Assembly (NCBI GenBank): GCA_038087875.1
Contig: JAXLNO010004433.1
Location: forward strand, 186,001-221,091
Source of the DNA: Malacoraja senta
Taxonomy: Eukaryota
Reading direction: 5' to 3'
Length of the DNA stretch: 35,091 nt
The notes beneath the pieces are model-generated. The model worked only from the letters and a program-made list of their open reading frames with translations. It did not search any database and was not told the DNA's origin. Made by a program: the position numbers and the translations under genes. This document shows positions 22,435 to 32,309 of the stretch, piece by piece (the first letter of the stretch is position 1; each line of letters begins with the position of its first letter).

Positions 22435-24945
22435 TTACACTATGGGCCACCTCCCTGAACCAGGCCATTGTTCCATCATGTTTCAAGACAGCCACCATCA
22501 TACCAGTTCCCAAAAAGTCTACAATAACCTGCCTGAATGATTACTGCCCCGTAGCACTCACACCAATAATAATGAAGTGCTTTGAGAGGCTTATTAAGCA
22601 GCACATGGTCTCTAAACTACCCCCCAGTTTTGACCCATTCCAGTTTGCTTATCGCCTGAACCGCTCCACAGAGGATGCTATCTCCTCTGCAGTCCACCTG
22701 AGCCTACAACACCTGGAGGTGAAGAACACCAACGTGCGGATGCTGTTTGTTGACTTCAGCTCAGCATTCAATACGATAATCCCCCAGCATCTGGTGAGCA
22801 AACTGGCACCCCTAGGATTCAATACCACACTATGCAACTGGATCCTGGATTTCCTTTCTGAAAGACCCCATCACACTGAGCACCGGCTCCCCTCAGGGCT
22901 GTGTCCTGAGTCCGCTGCTCTTCACATTGATGACACATGACTGTGTCGCCAAGTCCACTACTAACCATATCATCAAATACGCGGATGACACAACAGTAGT
23001 GGGCCTCATCCGCAACAACGACGACCAGGCATACAGAGAGGAGGTGGAGCAGCTGGTGAGCTGGTGCAGCAGGAACAACCTTCTCCTAAATATGGACAAA
23101 ACCAAGGAGATTGACGTCGATTTCAGAAAGAAAAATCAGCCCAGTCACACTCCGCTGTGCATCAACAACTTAGCAGTGGAGCAGGTGAAAAGCATCAAGT
23201 TCCTGTGTGTGCATATAACGGATACCTTAACTTGGACTACTAACATCACATCTCTGGTAAAACGGGCACAGCAGCGTTTGTACTTCCTCCGCAGGATGAG
23301 AAGATCACACATCCACCCTCCCATCCTCACCACATTCTACAGAAGCACCATTGAATCAGTCATGACCAGCTGCATCTCTATGTGGTGCGGCGGCTGTACA
23401 GTAGGTATGTTACAAAATTTACCTTCAGTCGCGCTGTAATTCTGCCACTGGCCGTGTGCGCGATTTTGGCGCCTTTAAGGGGGGGGGCGGGGTTAAAACG
23501 CGGGTTTCTCCTCCCTTGTCCTAGTTAATATTTTGTTCGAGTACCAGCCTTGGCTGATGAATCGTTCCTACCGGCGTTTTGTGAATTAAAAAAAATAATT
23601 AAATCGTCAATGTCAGCGCTAGAGAAATGTTAAAATCAGCCCCTGAACCGTCAACGCCGATAACGGGGACGGAGTTCACACACGGGACAGGTAAACGAAA
23701 GTGGTTTCTTTAAATGTATAAAAGTGCTTCTTAAGAAGCCTTTAATTCACATTTTTTCATGCGACACGGTGATTTTATTCCCCGAATTAACGGCAGTATT
23801 TTTCATGCCAATACGGGGTTAAATTCACCGCAAATGAACGTTCCAAAAGATCGCGTTCCAGAAATCCTCACTCACAAGATGAATTAAATCCCCATTAATT
23901 TACAGGTATTAAACATTCAATTCCTTCCATTTGGCCTGTAAATTCATGAAAATGAGATTTAAAAATTATGTTATATTGTGAATTATTGTGTGAATGTTAT
24001 TTGGACACTTAGGCTATTTAAAAATGTTAATCTATTCTTAAGAAATTGATAGATGTTTAGATCTAGTAATTGAATTTTGTAATTAGCTACAATTAGGTAA
24101 CTAACTAATTAGATGCTTTATTTTCATGTCTTCGAAGTAAGATTGTTTCATATTTGTTTCAGAATGCTTCAATCTATAATAACTGAAAATTTCTTTCAGT
24201 TATCATAATTTTTAAGAAAGTTATGGGCTTTTAACTGTCCTCGATCACAGCTTTTGTGTTAAGTCAATGGAAAAGCAATAGGGAACTAGATGCTAATTTC
24301 TGAGTATGATAATGGCCATAACTTTTTTAATACTGAAGATATGAAAGTGAATTAAGTGTCAAATTAAACTTCTTTTTATGCTTTATCTGATGGGATAAAC
24401 TGCAGACTTTATTTTTAAAATCTCAAAATTTTGTAACATTGTACAGCTGCGGACTGGAAGTGCCTTCAGAGAGTGGTGAGGACAGCAGAAAAAATCATTG
24501 GGACTTCTCTTCCCTCCATCATGGACATTGGTTACAAACGCTGTCTGTCAAGAACTAAGGGCATTACCAGAGCCCGCACACACCCACAATATGGACTGTT
24601 TACACTGCTGAACTCTGGGAGGAGGTACCGCAGCATGAAGGGCCGGACAACCAGGTTCTGCAACAGTTTCATCCCCCAGGCCATAACATTATTGAACTCA
24701 CAATCAAACCGATGCAAAAAACTGTCTTATACAATGCCACTTTTTAAAAACTTTCCTTTTATAACTATGCACATGAAGCACTTTTTATGGACACACTAAG
24801 CATTTTTACTGATCGCCTGATATAAATGGTATATTCTGCTGCTACTTGGAAGAGTCAATGCGACGAAATTTCGTTCAATGTGCACTGTGTCTATGTGTAT
24901 ATTTGAATGACAATTAAAGTTATATTATTATTATTATTATTATAT
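22435..24945 (+). mobile_element. Rex1/Babar LINE 3' part, interrupted by a DNA transposon at 23402-24443
   Basis: [12 protein letters not shown]...[11 protein letters not shown]...[13 protein letters not shown]...[12 protein letters not shown]...IKYADDTTVVGLI...FYRSTIES, resuming after the insert with VRTAEKIIG...SGRRYRS. (ATT)n tail near 24922-24945. Confidence 0.92.
23402..24443 (+). mobile_element. Complete non-autonomous DNA transposon (Academ-like), copy 2, 3-bp TSD
   Basis: TIR TAGGTATGTTACAAAA / TTTTGTAACATTG(C)TA. CAG is duplicated at 23399-23401 and 24444-24446, restoring the Rex1 sequence GGCTGTACAGCTGCGG. TA...TA termini with a 3-bp TSD fit Academ. Confidence 0.75.
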
Positions 24946-25039
24946 TGCATAAGTAGACATTCTTTTTTCCTCAATATCTGTTGTACTAATATCTTGTTTT
25001 ATCCATACGTGCATGTCAATAAACTCAATTTGAATCCAA

Positions 25040-25225
25040 CCATGATCCCCACTCTCCCCTCCACTCCTTCCCCAGTCCCTCTCTCTTTCTCTCCCCTACC
25101 CCTCGCCTCTTCCTCCCCTCCACTCTTTCCCCATTCCCTCTCTCCTTCTCTCCCCTACCCCTCACCTCCCTCTCTCCCTCACCTCCCCCTCCACTGCTCC
25201 CCTCGCCTCTCCCCCTCTGTCTCCA
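25040..25225 (+). repeat. Polypyrimidine low-complexity tract
   Basis: Almost exclusively C/T (CCTCTCC-like). Confidence 0.8.
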
Positions 25226-25247
25226 CCAGGGCTTTTCTTGTTTTCAC

Positions 25248-25328
25248 CTCGAGTTCCTCCACACGACGAGCCAGGCGGCCGATCTTGGTGCCGATGTCGT
25301 CCTTCTGCAGTCTCCCCGACGACGACAT
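25248..25328 (-). CDS. Probable first coding exon of an unidentified host gene (MSSSGRLQKDDIGTKIGRLARRVEELE)
   Basis: GGGAAG-ATG context, 27 open codons with coiled-coil-like composition, candidate donor GAG|GTGAAA at 25248/25247, directly downstream of a CpG-rich promoter. The frame stays open for about 20 more codons, so the donor is uncertain. Confidence 0.6.
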
Positions 25329-25339
25329 CTTCCCGCTTC

Positions 25340-25480
25340 CACTGTAGATGGCCGCTGTGCCGCAAAGCGCGCCGGGAAATGTAGTCGATCCCGCCCAAAG
25401 TTACCAGAGGAGCAAGATGGACCAATCGTCTGACGTAGTGACGTTCTCACGTCACGTCACGTCACGGCCGCCATTTGTTG
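25340..25480 (-). promoter_or_regulatory. CpG-island, TATA-less housekeeping-type promoter
   Basis: GACTACATTTCCC (ACTACA/ZNF143-associated motif, - strand 25386-25374), GC box CCCGCCC 25390-25396, CCAAT 25422-25426, several TGACGT/CACGTCA CRE-like half sites 25431-25466, YY1-type GCCGCCATTT 25467-25476. High CpG density. Confidence 0.72.
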
Positions 25481-25804
25481 ATGCCAAACGCGACTTGTGG
25501 TAATGTTGACCTCNNNNNNNNNNNNNNNNNNNNNNNNNNNNNNNNNNNNNNNNNNNNNNNNNNNNNNNNNNNNNNNNNNNNNNNNNNNNNNNNNNNNNNN
25601 NNNNNNNNNNNNNNNNNNNNNNNNNNNNNNNNNNNNNNNNNNNNNNNNNNNNNNNNNNNNNNNNNNNNNNNNNNNNNNNNNNNNNNNNNNNNNNNCCCGT
25701 CCCCCTCCCTCCCCGTCTCCCCCCCCCCCTCCCTCCCCCCTCCCTCCCGCTCTCCCTCCCTCTCTCCCTCCCTCCCTCCCTCCCTCCCGCTCTCCTTCCC
25801 TCCC

Positions 25805-26290
25805 TTGCTATTGAGGGAGTGCAGCTTAGGTTTACAAGGTTAATTCCCAGGATGGCAGGACTGTCATATGCTGAGAGAATGGAGCGGCTGGACTTGTATA
25901 CTCTGGAGTTTAGAAGGATGAGAGGTGATCTTCTTGAAACATATAAGATTATTAAGGGTTTGGACACGCTAGATGCAGGAAACACATTCGAGATGTTGGG
26001 TGAGTCCAGAACCAGGGGCCACAGTTTAAGAATAAGGAGTAAGCCATTTAGAACGGAGACAAGGAAACACTTTTTCACACAGAGTGTTGTGAGTCTGTGG
26101 ACTTTTCTGCCTCAGAGGGCGGTCGAGGCTGGTTCTCTGGACACTTTCAAGAGAGAGCTAGACAGGGCTCTTAAAGATAGCGGAGTCAAGGGATATGGGG
26201 AGAAGACAGGAACAGGGTACTGATTGGGGATGATCAGCCATGATCACATTGAATGACGGTGCTGGATCGAAGGGCCATATGGTCATATGG
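25805..26290 (+). mobile_element. CR1 LINE 3' fragment
   Basis: QLRFTRLIPRMAGLSYAERMERLDLYTLEFRRMRGDLLETYK...FFTQSVVSLW, followed by the 3' UTR. Confidence 0.9.
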
Positions 26291-26339
26291 CCTACTCCTG
26301 CACCTATTATCTATTGTGTATTTGGGTGTGATCCACACA

Positions 26340-26970
26340 CATTTAAAGAGCTGGTTCTTGCCACAGATTTGCCCATTCACTTCATTTATCCAGACCACAC
26401 CTGGAGTATTGCGTACAGTTTTGGTCTCCAAATCTGAGGAAGGACATTATTGCCATAGAGGGAGTGCAGAGAAGGTTCACCAGACTGATTCCTGGGATGT
26501 CAGGACTGTCTTATGAAGAAAGACTGGATAGACTTGGTTTATACTCTCTAGAATTTAGGAGATTGAGAGGGGATCTTATAGAAACTTATAAGAACAGGGG
26601 TTGGACAGGCTAGATGCAGGAAGATTGCTCCCGATGTTGGGGAAGTCCAGGACAAGGGGTCACAGCTTAAGGATAAGGGGGAAATCCTTTAAAACCGAGA
26701 TGAGAAGAACTTTTTTCACACAGAGAGTGGTGAATCTCTGGAACTCTGGAACTCTCTGCCACAGAGGGTAGTCGAGGCCAGTTCATTGGCTATATTTAAG
26801 AGGGAGCTAGATGTGGCCCTTGTGGCTAAAGGGATCAGAGGGTATGGAGAGAAGGCAGGTACGGGATACTGAGTTGGATGATCAGCCATGATCATATTGA
26901 ATGGCGGTGCAGGCTCGAAGGGCCGAATGGCCAACTCCTGCACCTAATTTCTATGTTTCTATGTTTCTAT
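26340..26970 (+). mobile_element. CR1 LINE 3' fragment with small indels and a TTCTATGT tail
   Basis: CCACACCTGGAGTATTGCGTACAGTTTTGGTCTCC...AGGTTCACCAGACTGATTCC. Near-identical to 13505-13980. Confidence 0.9.
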
Positions 26971-27256
26971 CTCAGCAAGGATACCATCCAGATGCTCTGT
27001 TGACACTTCTGCTTGCCTTGTGTGAGCGGCAAACTTGGTCGTGTGGCTTTCTATCCGACATCTCAACTATCAATAAATATAGTGAATAGCTTCAGCCCTG
27101 AACACGTTGCCACAGGCAAAGCTCATCACTGGCCCTTCCTTCTGTAATTTTCCACTTTCTGAATGAGTTTATCAAATGCATTCACAAAGATGATCAAAAC
27201 TCCTTTCCCTGTTCATTAGCTTTGAATATTTTAAAGACCAGAAAGGTTCATCACGA

Positions 27257-27377
27257 ATGTGTGGGAAGGAACTGCAGATGCTGGTTTACACCAAAGATAG
27301 ACACAAAACTCTGTAGGACATGCAGCATCTCTGGATAGAAGGAATGGGTGACGTTTCGGGTCGAGACCCTCCTTCAG
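27257..27377 (-). mobile_element. Penelope-like short repeat with hammerhead core (A9-to-G variant)
   Basis: The - strand reads CTGAAGG-A-GGGT-CTCG-ACCC-GAAAC-GTC at 27377-27350. Confidence 0.68.
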
Positions 27378-27684
27378 AATGTTCTATTCTTTGGACGGAG
27401 GAGACTAATACATGTATATTTACATAATCTGTAGAAAGACAATGTGCAATCTTAGATCCAGGTCACCTGTTCCCCACCAACTTATCAACACCTCCCAAAA
27501 CGCACCAACAGGGAACACCAACACCAACACTACATGTATATTCTTTATTGAACATTGATAGGTTACATTGACACAAACACACATGTAGCCTCTTGTGGGG
27601 TCTCTGCAGGTTTCATGCAGAATCAGACCTGACACAAAGATGTTATCATAGTAACTGCAAGTTCTCTGAAACTTTGGTAATTGA

Positions 27685-28170
27685 TATTTCAAGAGTCAAG
27701 AGAGTTTTATTGTCATGTGTCCCAGATAGGACAATGAAATTCTTGCTTGCTGCAGCACAACAGAATATGTAAACATAATACAGAACAGGAGATAAAAGTT
27801 CAGTGTGTCTATAGACCATATATATATACATATATATACACAATAAATAAACAGATAAAGTGCAATAGGCTGTTATTGTTCAGAGTTTGCTTGATGGCTG
27901 TGGGGAAGTAGCTGTTCCTGAACCTCGATGTTCCAGATTTCAAGCTCCTGTATCTTCTTCCTGATGGCAACGGAGAGATGAGTGAGTGGCCAGGGTGGTG
28001 TGGATCTTTGATGATGTTGGCAGCCTTTTTGAGGCAGCGACTGCGATAGATCCCTTCGATGGTAGGGAGGTCAGAGTCGATGATGGCCTGGGCAGTGGTC
28101 ACAACTTTCTGCATTCTTTTCCGCTCCTAGACGTTCAAGTTGCTGAACCAAGCCATGATGCAACCAGTTA
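27685..28170 (-). mobile_element. Rex1/Babar 3' fragment
   Basis: QKVVTTAQAII...IYRSRCLKKAANIIKDPHHPGHSL...LPSGRRYRSL...RFRNSYFPTAI, followed by a UTR with AATAAA and a CTCTTGA tail. Confidence 0.85.
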
Positions 28171-28459
28171 TGTTTAACCAAAAAATGATGTTTGATATGA
28201 ATTTGGTCTGGAATCCATTTTCATTCTCAGTTGACGTTCTCTCCCTGGCTGAGTAATGTGAACCCTGGAACACCAGTCTGCACAAGACACTGCATAGCAG
28301 TGACTTTCTGGAGAGACATTCCCTTTCCTCAAGAGTAGCAACTGCTCAACTAACCACAGCCTGGTCTTGTTACTATCGGCACAATATCACAAGAGGAGAT
28401 AACCACATTTGACAGAGTGCAGGAGATGGTTAGACACACGTATGTACAACCAGGCTCCT

Positions 28460-29115
28460 TCACCCAGAGTAGTGCAATCAAGAACCAGGGCATGGGTTTA
28501 AAGTGAGGGGGGACAGATTTAATGGGAATCTGAGGGGCAACCTTTTCACACAGAGGGCACTGGGTACATGGAATGTGCTGCAGGATGAGGTAGTTGACGC
28601 AGAAACTATGACAATGTTTTAAAGTTATTTGGACAGGTACATGGATAGGACGAATAGTGAAAGGCCTGGACAGAGCGGATGTAAAGAGGATGATTCCACT
28701 GGTGGGAGAGTCGAGGACCATAGCCTCAGAATTAAAGGAGGTTCCTCTAGGAAGATGAGGAGGAATTTGTTTTGTCACAGGGTAGTGAATCTGAGGAAGT
28801 CATTGCCACAGAAGGCTGTGGAGGCCCACTCAATGGGTATTTTTAAAGCAGAGATAGATTGATTCTTGATTAGTATTGGTGTCAAGGGGAGAAGGCAAGA
28901 GAATGGGGTTAGGAAGGCGAGATAGATCAGCCATGATTGAATGGCAGAGTAGACTTGATAGGCTGAATGGCCTAATTCTGCTCCTATCACATGAACATGA
29001 GATGATCAGTGATTTAGGCCAAACACGGGGAGACGGGACTAGTGTAGATCGGGCACCTTGGTTGGCAAAGGCAAGCTGAGCCGAAGGGCCTGTTACTGTC
29101 CTGTATAAATCTATG
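28460..29115 (+). mobile_element. Cluster of older CR1 3' fragments
   Basis: Degenerate RGNLFTQR/RRNLFCHRVVNL segments, GATCAGCCATGAT UTR, CTATGACT tail. Confidence 0.7.
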
Positions 29116-29424
29116 ACTCCATGATCACTCCAATGCAACACGCTTGTACCCAGCTCCATCCACTCAATGGACTTTCTGATGGACCTCTTTTCCAGTGTCG
29201 ACAAACAATTGTACAAGTACAAATACTCAACTCCACTCTTCAAATTAGCAGCAAGCCAACTAGACTGAGATGCCACACACAGAGGGCCGACAACAATGAG
29301 TGGACTGAACCTGTGACACTAATTTTGAAGAACAGCAGGCTTGGTCTTCTCAGTGTCCTGGCTACTGAGCAATTTTGGAATAAACTGAAGATGTAAAAGT
29401 ACAGAAATATTTAGCATTGTGCCC

Positions 29425-29905
29425 TAGTTCTGGTTGCATCGTGGCCTGTTTCGGCAACTTGAACGTCCAGGAGCGAAAAAGACTACAAAAAGTTGTGACT
29501 ACTGCCCAGTTCATCGCCGGCTTTGACCCTCGAAGGGATCTATCGTAGTCGCTGCCTCAAAAAGGCAGCCAAAATCATCAAAGACCCACACCATCCTGGC
29601 CACACACTCATCTCACCATTGCCATCAGGAAGCAGTTACAGGAGCCTGAAAACTGTAACGTCCAGGTACAGGAACAGCTTCTTCCCTGCAGCCATCAGGC
29701 TATTAAACACAACGAATAAGCTCTGATCTCTGAACTGCAAAAGATTATATTATTATTTGTTATTTGCACTATTTGTTATTTATTGATCTTTTTCTATTTT
29801 TCTCTTCCCCCGTTATGTACTATTTACATATTCACATATTCTGTTGTGCTGCAGCAAGCATGAAATGCATTGTCCTGTCCGGGGCATATGACAATAAAAC
29901 ACTCT
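29425..29905 (+). mobile_element. Rex1/Babar 3' fragment
   Basis: EGIYRSRCLKKAAKIIKDPHHPGHTL...LPSGSSYRSL...YRNSFFPAAIRLLN. The UTR ends CAATAAAACACTCTT. Same family as 27685-28170. Confidence 0.85.
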
Positions 29906-30009
29906 TCACTCACACACTGCAACACCTGTCCTTCAGTGCTAAACTTGCCTGGCCCTATTTTGTGACGGGGTAAAAGATGTGATCATTAAAGTGAATCCCA
30001 GCACCGTAC

Positions 30010-30316
30010 CTTGAAAGCTTTTCACTTCCCGACTGATACTGGTGTTCGAGGGGGGATGAGACACTGTACAGCCGAAGACTGAGCCTTTCTTCCAATCCTC
30101 TGAACTCACAGTCAGGAAGTGGCTGGCACTGAAAGTCGCCCCCTGCTCCAGAGCAGTCGGTGGTGGAGGAGATCGGGGCTCCGTCTTTCTCCCAAGTGAT
30201 GTTTATGAGGTCCGGGTAGAAACCAGAGAGCACACATTCGAGGGTGGCTGTGTGGCTATGCGTGGTCTCTTGATGAGCTGGAGGCAGCAGGCTGACCTTG
30301 AGTCTTTTTGTTTCAA
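30010..30316 (-). pseudogene. Immunoglobulin heavy-chain constant (C1-set) exon, IgW/IgNAR-like, frameshifted
   Basis: Acceptor TTTGCTCCTCTGTTCCAG|30316 and donor CAAG|GTACGG at 30010/30009. Frame 1: VETKRLKVSLLPPAHQETTHSHTATLECVLSGFYPDLINITWEKDGAPISST. Frame 2: PTALEQGATFSASHFLTVSSEDWKKGSVFGCTVSHPPSNTSISREVKSFQ. The length, 307 nt, is not a multiple of 3 for a phase 1-1 exon. Confidence 0.9.
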
Positions 30317-30358
30317 CTGGAACAGAGGAGCAAAGTAGATGTGAGACCCTCTTCCTCA

Positions 30359-31102
30359 AGGGCCTGTCCCACTTACGCAACTTTTTCAGCGACTGCCAGC
30401 ACCCGTCATTGGTCGTTACAGGTGGCCGAAAATGTTCAACATGTTGAAAATCCAGAACAAGGTACGACTCTTTTGGCAACTACTCACGACCATACAGGCT
30501 TCACCCCGCGACATGTCGCCAGTATGGTCATGAGTAGTCTCCTCAGTCTCCCAAAGAGTCGTAGAGTCTTCTGGTCACCGTTGGATTTTCAACATGTTGA
30601 AAATTTTCGGTTACCTGCTGCGACTATGACGGGTGCCGGTAGTCGCAGAAAAAAATTTCGGAGCTCCCGCAACGGCAACTTCTCCCGCCCGAGTTGCGGG
30701 GTTGAAAATGACCTGGAGCGGGGCCTTACATCGCACAATGGCTTTAAATGGCCGCGGGACTTGCTAGCGCCCGCCAAGGGCTCCAACATCAAGACCCGGA
30801 GCGCGGCCTTGCATCGCCCGGCGCGGCTTTAATGGCCGCGGGACTTACCATCGCCCGCTGGGGGCTTTGACTTTGACATCGGGAGGAGAATGAGGAGAGC
30901 AGGGGAGAGACAAGACTTTGCCTTCCATCACAGTGAGGAGGAGATTCACTGTGATGGATGTTTGTGTGTAAATTGTGTTGTGTCTTGGTTCTTTGTACTT
31001 GTTTGTATGACTGCAGAAACCAAATTTCGTTTGAACTTAGGTTCAAATGACAACAAATAAATTGTATCATTGTATCAAAATTGCGGAATTGGGACAGGCT
31101 CT
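30359..31102. mobile_element. Palindromic PIF/Harbinger-type MITE split by a retroelement
   Basis: Left AGGGCCTGTCCCAC, right TGGGACAGGCTCT, flanks TCA/TTA. The internal arms 30387-30455 and 30581-30645 are inverted copies. Confidence 0.7.
30657..31076 (+). mobile_element. Non-autonomous retroelement (Rex1-type 3' UTR) with ATTGTATC tail, 6-bp TSD
   Basis: AAAATT at 30651-30656 and 31077-31082. The 3' end reads ...AATTTCGTT...AAATGACAACAAATAA(ATTGTATC)2. Confidence 0.65.
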
Positions 31103-31644
31103 TTATGGAAAGCCAGGGCAGAAATCCAAACAGATGTCTTATAAAAGAACTTTAAGATGTTTATGTCATCACATAAAAGACTGATCAATGGCTAGATTTA
31201 TTGCAAAAGACTGACCAATGGCAGATCAAACTATACACTGGCTAGATTATTGAAAACAGAATAGCAGAAAAACTCGTGTTAAATAGCAGGTTGGGTGTTT
31301 TGACTGAAAAAACCCCAGAACAAAGGAGCCGTCAACTGGGATTTGACTCTCTTTCCCATCACCATGATCAGCTGGTACATTACAGGGGCACAATTTGATA
31401 TGTGCTTTGCTTGGAACCCCTGCAGCATCTATTAGTAATACTGAGCAACATGAATGAGAAACGCTACTTTTCTCCTTGTAGGCCAAGCCTGGGATTCCCT
31501 TGGTTTAAGAATGTCACATGCTGATATCGCAGTCTTACTCTGACCATGTGTCTCACCATCTCTGAAACCTTTACCACAAACACAACCTTCTGTAAAGGTG
31601 TCATTCTTCCAACTCTGGGCACTCATAAGCCTGCACTCCTTTCA

Positions 31645-32309
31645 CCTTTCACCTACTACGCATTCATTGAAAATGTAATAACTTTCTCTTTCACTAGCTG
31701 GTTCCACTCCATCACCCTGCAAAACAGAAACCGCCTGTTGAATGTGGTCAAGGTCTGCTCAAAAATCATTGAGCAGCCCGTCCGAACTCTCGCTGCTCTA
31801 TGCGACCAACAGTCTGGGAGGTTGACACGCAGGATTCTTCAGGACCCCTCTCACATCCTGTTTCCTGAGTTTGAGTGGCTCCCCTCAGGACGCAGACTTC
31901 GCTGTCCGGGTTGCCGGACACAGAGGAGGAAGGCAACCTTCATCCCCAGGGCTGTCCTGCTTTTTAATGCTGATCACTGACTCGAACATGTGAAGTGAAA
32001 TGGCCTTCTATATGCACTTTCTGGTTGAAGCAGTAAGGAAGCACTTTAGAGGATGTTACTATGTGTTGAAGATTATTACTATGTGTTGAATGTAGATGTG
32101 CTGTGTGTGTTGTGTGATTGTGCAGTGTGTCTGTGAGATGCGTGTGTTGGTTGATTGTGCAGTATGAGTGCTGCTTATGTTTGTTGATTGTGTCTCTTTT
32201 TTATTTATTTTTTATTTTATTTTTTTTATTTTTTTTAGAAGCTACTGTAATGCGCCCTTTTAAATTGCCCCTCGGGGACGAATAAAGTGCTTTGACTTGA
32301 CTTGACTTG
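31645..32309 (+). mobile_element. Rex1/Babar 3' fragment with (TTGAC)n tail
   Basis: YAFIENVITFSFTSWFHS...NRLLNVVKVCSKII...ILQDPSHILFPEFEWLPSGRRLR...FIPRAV, then AATAAA and TTGACTTGACTTGAC. Confidence 0.85.

Noticed and set aside
25452-26078. ORFs crossing the third gap
   Set aside because: Composed of Ns, low-complexity sequence and antisense CR1.
27040-27200. Possible host exon on the - strand
   Set aside because: It resembles a highly decayed CR1 RT segment (LFTIFI...TKFA).
29955-30479. 174-aa ORF as an intact protein
   Set aside because: It fuses antisense MITE sequence, intron and the first half of the Ig exon. The true exon is defined by its splice sites and changes frame.
31175-31226. 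Short direct repeat AAAAGACTGA(T/C)CAATGGC
   Set aside because: A two-copy local duplication with no further structure.
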